In this document: piece after piece, positions 59,327-64,000 of the stretch | How the letters are laid out: each line of letters begins with the position of its first letter | Numbering within the stretch: position 1 is the first letter of the stretch | NCBI GenBank assembly: GCA_963675785.1 | Contig: OY776562.1 | Location: forward strand, 1,376,001 to 1,440,000 | Direction of reading: 5' to 3' | Origin: Anaerolineae bacterium | GTDB lineage: Bacteria; Chloroflexota; Anaerolineae; UBA1429 | Length of the DNA stretch: 64,000 bases | The notes under the pieces: model-generated | Told to the model about the DNA's origin: nothing | The model's input: only the letters and a program-made list of their open reading frames with translations | Databases searched by the model: none | Position numbers and translations under genes: made by a program

Positions 59327-59596
59327 CGCGGATTGAAACCCTCCGCTGATCACACACAAACTCCTCCATCCGCCTCCTCAGCGTGGGGTTTCAACCCCAC
59401 GCCCCCCCACACCCGCCACATAATGGGCCGAATGGGGCGTCGGCTATACATAACGCGTCCTCTGGCCACGCCGCACATCACCACCCTCGCATATCTGCTC
59501 TACCTCCGCAATACATGCTTCCCCTAGGCCCCGCACCGTAGGTGCGGCCGCACCATAGGTGCGACGAGACGCGAGCGACCGCAGGTCGCAAGTCCC
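59327..59596. repeat. Degenerate REP-like cluster (inverted gtttcaa-loop pair and a family B copy)
   Basis: cgcggattgaaaccctccgctg / cagcgtggggtttcaaccccacgc; ctaggccccgcacc...gcgaccgcaggtcgc. Confidence 0.7.
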
Positions 59597-59675
59597 TTCC
59601 CCTCCTCCCCCTTGCACTCCCTCCGTCCCCGCGCTACACTCCCCTCGCCTAACCCATACTAGGAGGTCTGTAACG

Positions 59676-61604
59676 ATGTCGTTAGCCCAATGGAACCCCC
59701 GCGAAATCGAACGCATTCTCGATGAGGCCGGCCCTGTCGCGCTCATGCCGCCCATCACCGATCGCACCACCTGGGAGGCGATGGCCGCCCACGCCGGCGC
59801 CGACCGCGTCGCCGCCGTCATAAAAAAGGCCGAGGGCCTCATGGACGAGCCCATCCCCACCCTCACCGCCAGCCTCTGGCTGGACTTTCAGCGCACCGGC
59901 AACCGCGCCGATTGGGAGCGCGTCCACGGCGCCCGTAGCGCCATGCTCACCACCTTTGTACTGGCCGAAGCGCTGGAGAACAAGGGCCGCTTTCTCGATA
60001 AATGCCTGGACATGATCTGGGCCCACCTGGAGGAATCCTCCTGGGCGCTGCCCGCCCACCAATCCCGCCTCACCGACCGCGACGAGCCCATTGTCGATCT
60101 GGGCGCGGTGATGACCGCCATTGATCTGGCCGAGTTCGACGCCGTCATGGGCCCGGTTATGGATCCCCTGCTGGGCAAGCGCATCCGCGACGAAGTCAAC
60201 GAACGCGTCCTGGTGCCCTACATGGCCCGCCATGATTACAACTGGATGTTCAACGCCGGCGGTGGGCAGGTCAACAACTGGAACGCCGTCTGCAACTGCG
60301 GCTGCATGGCCGCCGCCATGTATCTGCAGCGCGATAACGCCCACACCGCCGAGGTGCTGGCCCGCGGCCTGCGCTCGCTGGACGACTATCTCCTCGGCTT
60401 TGACCCCGACGGCGGCAGCACCGAGGGCCCCGGCTACTGGGAATACGGTTTTGGCCATTACGTCGTCATCGGCGATCTGGTCGAGCGCCGCACCAAGGGC
60501 GCCATCCCCATGCTCCACACCGATCAGGTACGCAACGTGGCCCAGTTCCCCATGCGCACCCGCCTGGCCGGCAACGAGTACGCCACCTTTTCCGATTGCG
60601 ATACCCATGTCGAGCTCAACCGCCCCCTGGTGGCCTTTTTGTCTCGCCGCCTGCAACTGCCGCGGCTGATGGCCCTGGCGAACTGTGAGGCTTACGATCA
60701 CCGCTGGGGCAGCTTGGTGTGGGCCCTGCGCGAGTTCTTGTGGGCTTCGGACCCCACCGATGAGCCCTTGGTCCTCGACGAGCGCAACTGGTTCGGCGGC
60801 ATGGCCTGGATGATCGCCCGCCTCGACCCCACCGATCCCGATGCTATGGTCTTGGCCTGCAAGGGTGGCCATAACGGCGAAATGCACAACCAGAACGACG
60901 TGGGCAGCTTTATCGTCACCGTTGGCGGCGAGTCCATCATCCGCGATCCAGGTCGCGGCCGCTACACCCGCGAGTACTTTGGCGAAAAACGCTACTCCTT
61001 CTGGATCTGCACCAGCAAGAGCCACTCGGTACCCCTGGTCAACGGCGTCGACCAAAGCATCAACCAGGCCGATATGGAGCGCTTCCTTGGGCAGATCGAA
61101 CACGACGACCCCGGCAAAGACATGGCTCGCGCAGCTGAGGGCAAGCGCAAAATGGCGCCTCGCCGCGCCAACATGGGGGCCCAGTTCGCCGCCGATGTCG
61201 TCGAACACATCGAGACATCCTGCGAGGATCGCCTCACCATCGACATGACCAACGTCTATGGCGAGGAAGCCGACCTGGAGCTGCTGCAGCGCAGCACCGC
61301 TCTCTTGCGCAAGGTGCCCGGCGGCCGCGTCACCGTCACCGATACCTACCGCTTCAAGGGCGGCGCCCATCCCTTTGAGAACGCCATCATCACCCTCGTG
61401 CAACCCGAACTCACCGATAATGCCGTCGTGCTCCGCGGCGAAAAAGCCGCTCTGCGCATCACCTGGCAGGGTGCAAAAGAAGTGGTGATCGAGCCGCACA
61501 AAGACGTGGACATGTACGACGGCCTCCGCGACGTCTATCGCATCGCCTTCCGTGCCCCATTGCAAAAAGAGGGCGAAATCAAACTGTCTGTGGAGAGGGC
61601 CTAA
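59676..61604 (+). CDS. Heparinase II/III-like polysaccharide lyase family protein
   Basis: EESSWALPAH, NNWNAVCN, DGG..EG..YW.Y, KGG.N.E.HN.NDVGSF, D.G...YT; AGGAGG RBS. Confidence 0.88.
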   Translation: MSLAQWNPREIERILDEAGPVALMPPITDRTTWEAMAAHAGADRVAAVIKKAEGLMDEPIPTLTASLWLDFQRTGNRADWERVHGARSAMLTTFVLAEALENKGRFLDKCLDMIWAHLEESSWALPAHQSRLTDRDEPIVDLGAVMTAIDLAEFDAVMGPVMDPLLGKRIRDEVNERVLVPYMARHDYNWMFNAGGGQVNNWNAVCNCGCMAAAMYLQRDNAHTAEVLARGLRSLDDYLLGFDPDGGSTEGPGYWEYGFGHYVVIGDLVERRTKGAIPMLHTDQVRNVAQFPMRTRLAGNEYATFSDCDTHVELNRPLVAFLSRRLQLPRLMALANCEAYDHRWGSLVWALREFLWASDPTDEPLVLDERNWFGGMAWMIARLDPTDPDAMVLACKGGHNGEMHNQNDVGSFIVTVGGESIIRDPGRGRYTREYFGEKRYSFWICTSKSHSVPLVNGVDQSINQADMERFLGQIEHDDPGKDMARAAEGKRKMAPRRANMGAQFAADVVEHIETSCEDRLTIDMTNVYGEEADLELLQRSTALLRKVPGGRVTVTDTYRFKGGAHPFENAIITLVQPELTDNAVVLRGEKAALRITWQGAKEVVIEPHKDVDMYDGLRDVYRIAFRAPLQKEGEIKLSVERA

Positions 61605-61622
61605 AGCACACACACAATAAAC

Positions 61623-61655
61623 AATAGCCCCCACCCAAATTCGGTGGGGGCTATT
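61623..61655. terminator. Hairpin terminator between convergent genes
   Basis: aatagcccccacc / ggtgggggctatt 13-bp stem. Confidence 0.75.
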
Positions 61656-61682
61656 CTAGTAACAGATAGATCTGCAAAATTG

Positions 61683-62261
61683 TTACTCCGCTTCATCCAG
61701 CCGAGCCGGGCCGGCAGCGGGCGCATTCCAAAGGGGGGCCAACGCCGCCCGTATCAAGTTCACATCACCCGCTTCCTCCGGACCAACGCGCAGCATCGGC
61801 AAACCTGCTTGTTCTAACACCTGTGCCACCATAGCCTCTTGCTCAGCCCAATCGGGCTCGTCAGGCGAAGGATCGACCAACTGAACGGCCGCTACAGGAT
61901 CCAGCGTATCGGCCGCAAACACCACATAATCCACATGCTTGCGATTCACGCGCTGTTGAGCGACCCACTGGTCGGCATCAGTACCACCAACCGAGACCAA
62001 CAGATCGCCCAGATTGACCCCTATCGCCACTAAACCGCGGTCGCCAACTGCCTCAATCAGCGTGGGGTAAAATTCAGCCCGATGGTGAGGCATAAGGCCA
62101 TGCCCCAGGCAATAGGTCGTCGCATCGGGCAACACATTCACATCTCTCTGTGCACTGGGGAGAGCACGTACTACCTTGAGCACACTCTTTACCGCAAACA
62201 CCACGCCAGCAAGGACGCCGAGTGACACCAGCGTAAAGAACACCATAAAATACGTATCCAT
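61683..62261 (-). CDS. Membrane-anchored DUF2726-like protein
   Basis: N-terminal TM, L....EFY..L, V.LGDLL, KHVDYVV, AGLP.LR. Confidence 0.75.
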   Translation of the reverse strand: MDTYFMVFFTLVSLGVLAGVVFAVKSVLKVVRALPSAQRDVNVLPDATTYCLGHGLMPHHRAEFYPTLIEAVGDRGLVAIGVNLGDLLVSVGGTDADQWVAQQRVNRKHVDYVVFAADTLDPVAAVQLVDPSPDEPDWAEQEAMVAQVLEQAGLPMLRVGPEEAGDVNLIRAALAPLWNAPAAGPARLDEAE

Positions 62262-62529
62262 GCCCTCTCCTTCAGGTGATTGCCAAGCAACTATCCCATT
62301 ATGCCAAACATATCATCCAGCGCAAGAGCCGCAACCCCAGAACGCGTCGCCCTGTTCGCTCACTGCAGGCGCAGGCTTAGCCTGCTTCTTGCCCTCGTAT
62401 TCCCTATCTCCGCAAAAGACTTGATTTCTCCCTTTGTTGTTTCCCTATTTTATCACTCAATCTGGAGCCTTGTTTTCATATCCCCAGGGAATATCACCTT
62501 TTGACCATAGGATGCATGTAAACAGAATC

Positions 62530-62602
62530 TTGAATTCAGGCGGAGCAGCAGTATAATACGATGACAAAATGAATGACAGAATTCGTGACATTTTATCCGA
62601 CA
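62530..62602 (+). promoter_or_regulatory. Promoter of fic gene plus four GACA-core repeats at 12-bp period
   Basis: TTGAAT-16-TATAAT (62530-62557); YGACA at 62562, 62574, 62586, 62598. Confidence 0.6.
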
Positions 62603-62641
62603 TTTTTCAAGACTCAATGAATCCATCATGGAGGGAATGAA

Positions 62642-63826
62642 GTGTCATATCTCCCAAGTCACCCATGGATCACCTTCGCACTTGATCTGCGCGCTTTCAA
62701 ACCCGATACCTGGGTTTTGCTAGGAGCCATTCAAAGCAAATTTGAGCATCTGGCTGGCGTCCCCTTGCTTCCAAACACAGCTAAAGAATTGCATTTACTT
62801 TCTTTAGCTCGCGGCGTGCGTGCCACAACCGCCATCGAAGGAAATACCCTATCGCAGAATCAAATCGAGCAGCTCATCAAAGGCGAATTAGAGGTACCCA
62901 AGTCTAAGGAGTACCTCAAGACCGAGGCGCAGAACATTGTCGATGCTTGTAACGAAATTGGGGAACAGATTTTACTAGCCGATGATGAAATCACACCGCT
63001 TACGGTTGAGGATATCTTGCACTATAACGCCTTGGTACTAAAAGACTTGAAGCTGGACGAGGGAGTAATTCCGGGAAAGATACGCACCTACTCTGTGATC
63101 GTAGGCAATTATCGAGGGGCGCCAGCATCGGATTGCCACTCTCTTCTGGAAAAGTTGTGCGCCTGGCTAGCTCAGGATTGGCACACAGCTATGCCTTGGC
63201 TGAATACCTGCGGTATAGCTGTGCTCAAAGCCATTCTGGCACAACTCTACATCAATTGGATTCACCCCTTTGGCGATGGCAATGGCCGAACTGCTCGATT
63301 GGTTGAGTTCCGACTTTTACTTGCCCGCGGCGTGCCAGATATTGCTGCCCATTTGCTGTCTAACCACTACAATGAGACACGTTCTGAATACTATCGTCAG
63401 CTTGCTCACTCTTCAGCTCAAGGCCCAGATGGTGTAGCCTCGTTTATCCAATATGCTCTGCAAGGGTTGGCCGACGGACTGGATGAAGAGATCCATCAAG
63501 TACAACAAGACCAGCTCCGCGTTCACTGGCGCGAACTGGTGTTCACGAGTTTCTCATCGAGCGACTCAAAGGTGTCAAAGCGCCGACGTGACCTGATTTT
63601 GGCTATATCAGCAAAACCGGAAGGCATAGTTGCCTCAGATGCCGAGGGACTAACACCTGCTCTCTCCGCTGCGTATGCAAAACGATCTGCTCGTACACTT
63701 GCCCGTGACCTTGAGGAGCTCGAAAGTATGGGGCTTCTCGTGCGAACAAAAGAGCACCTGCGTGCCAATATGGAAATGGCCCTCGCCTTTGGAGCACGGC
63801 GACGAACTGGCCAGATACGTTCCTGA
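62642..63826 (+). CDS. Fic-family protein with C-terminal wHTH
   Basis: ATTAIEGN inhibitory-type motif, HPFGDGNGRTAR, C-terminal S.RTLARDL.EL...GLL. Confidence 0.92.
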   Translation: MSYLPSHPWITFALDLRAFKPDTWVLLGAIQSKFEHLAGVPLLPNTAKELHLLSLARGVRATTAIEGNTLSQNQIEQLIKGELEVPKSKEYLKTEAQNIVDACNEIGEQILLADDEITPLTVEDILHYNALVLKDLKLDEGVIPGKIRTYSVIVGNYRGAPASDCHSLLEKLCAWLAQDWHTAMPWLNTCGIAVLKAILAQLYINWIHPFGDGNGRTARLVEFRLLLARGVPDIAAHLLSNHYNETRSEYYRQLAHSSAQGPDGVASFIQYALQGLADGLDEEIHQVQQDQLRVHWRELVFTSFSSSDSKVSKRRRDLILAISAKPEGIVASDAEGLTPALSAAYAKRSARTLARDLEELESMGLLVRTKEHLRANMEMALAFGARRRTGQIRS

Positions 63827-63925
63827 TTCGGAATCAGAGTATAAAATCTCATCAATCTATGAACGAGCGCAGTCTCTCTCAGACGCATTGGCATAGTTAT
63901 GTCACCAGTCATTAGGAGCTCATCC

Positions 63926-64000
63926 ATGAACTCAGCCCTGCTCGATCACTACCGCCGCACCGGCACCTACACCTACGCTGGTCCCTATGCGGACTACTTT
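63926..64000 (+). CDS. Start of a CDS truncated by the window edge, product unknown
   Basis: AGGAG RBS, ATG 63926, open high-GC frame MNSALLDHYRRTGTYTYAGPYADYF. Confidence 0.6.
   Translation, partial: MNSALLDHYRRTGTYTYAGPYADYF

Noticed and set aside
61060-61180. Apparent charged insertion of about 35 aa in the heparinase-like protein as an intein or mobile insert
   Set aside because: No intein motifs, same codon style as the host gene; likely a surface loop
59682-61634. 650-aa antisense ORF
   Set aside because: Shadow of the high-GC heparinase-like gene; no motifs or RBS

Overview
Bacterial chromosomal window, GC-rich with several lower-GC inserts. It is most likely Chloroflexota (Anaerolineae-like), inferred from CSLREA/choice-of-anchor-Q proteins, C-terminal YxPLxxK-type tails and a GAAC-N4-GTTC LexA box. 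It opens with the end of a pyrimidine operon (pyrB, fused pyrF-pyrE, pyrD, pyrK). A patchwork follows. Scattered defence-type genes include a Type IIG/ISP-like R-M enzyme with an AlbA_2/Schlafen-HATPase-wHTH neighbour, HigB with HigA-IrrE, a Dsr1-like SIR2 protein, an EEP nuclease with a small partner, and a Fic protein. DNA-repair genes include an SSB paralog behind a LexA box and an Fpg/Nei-like glycosylase. Carbohydrate-active genes include PL11-like, GH32, GH63/MGH1-like, GH99-like and heparinase II/III-like enzymes. There is also a cluster of secreted surface proteins with a 1588-bp tandem duplication and a VTC-DUF4956-CotH operon. An AraC-linked operon combines an ACP-like protein, SufS, SufE, a Cys-rich sugar-isomerase-fold protein and an ABC substrate-binding protein. 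Intergenic regions hold a modular family of REP-like two-hairpin elements with compensatory base changes and nested hairpins; two composite copies bracket a GNAT gene like a cassette. No rRNA, tRNA, CRISPR array, integrase or transposase was recognised. All family calls come from motif recognition by eye, not database searches.
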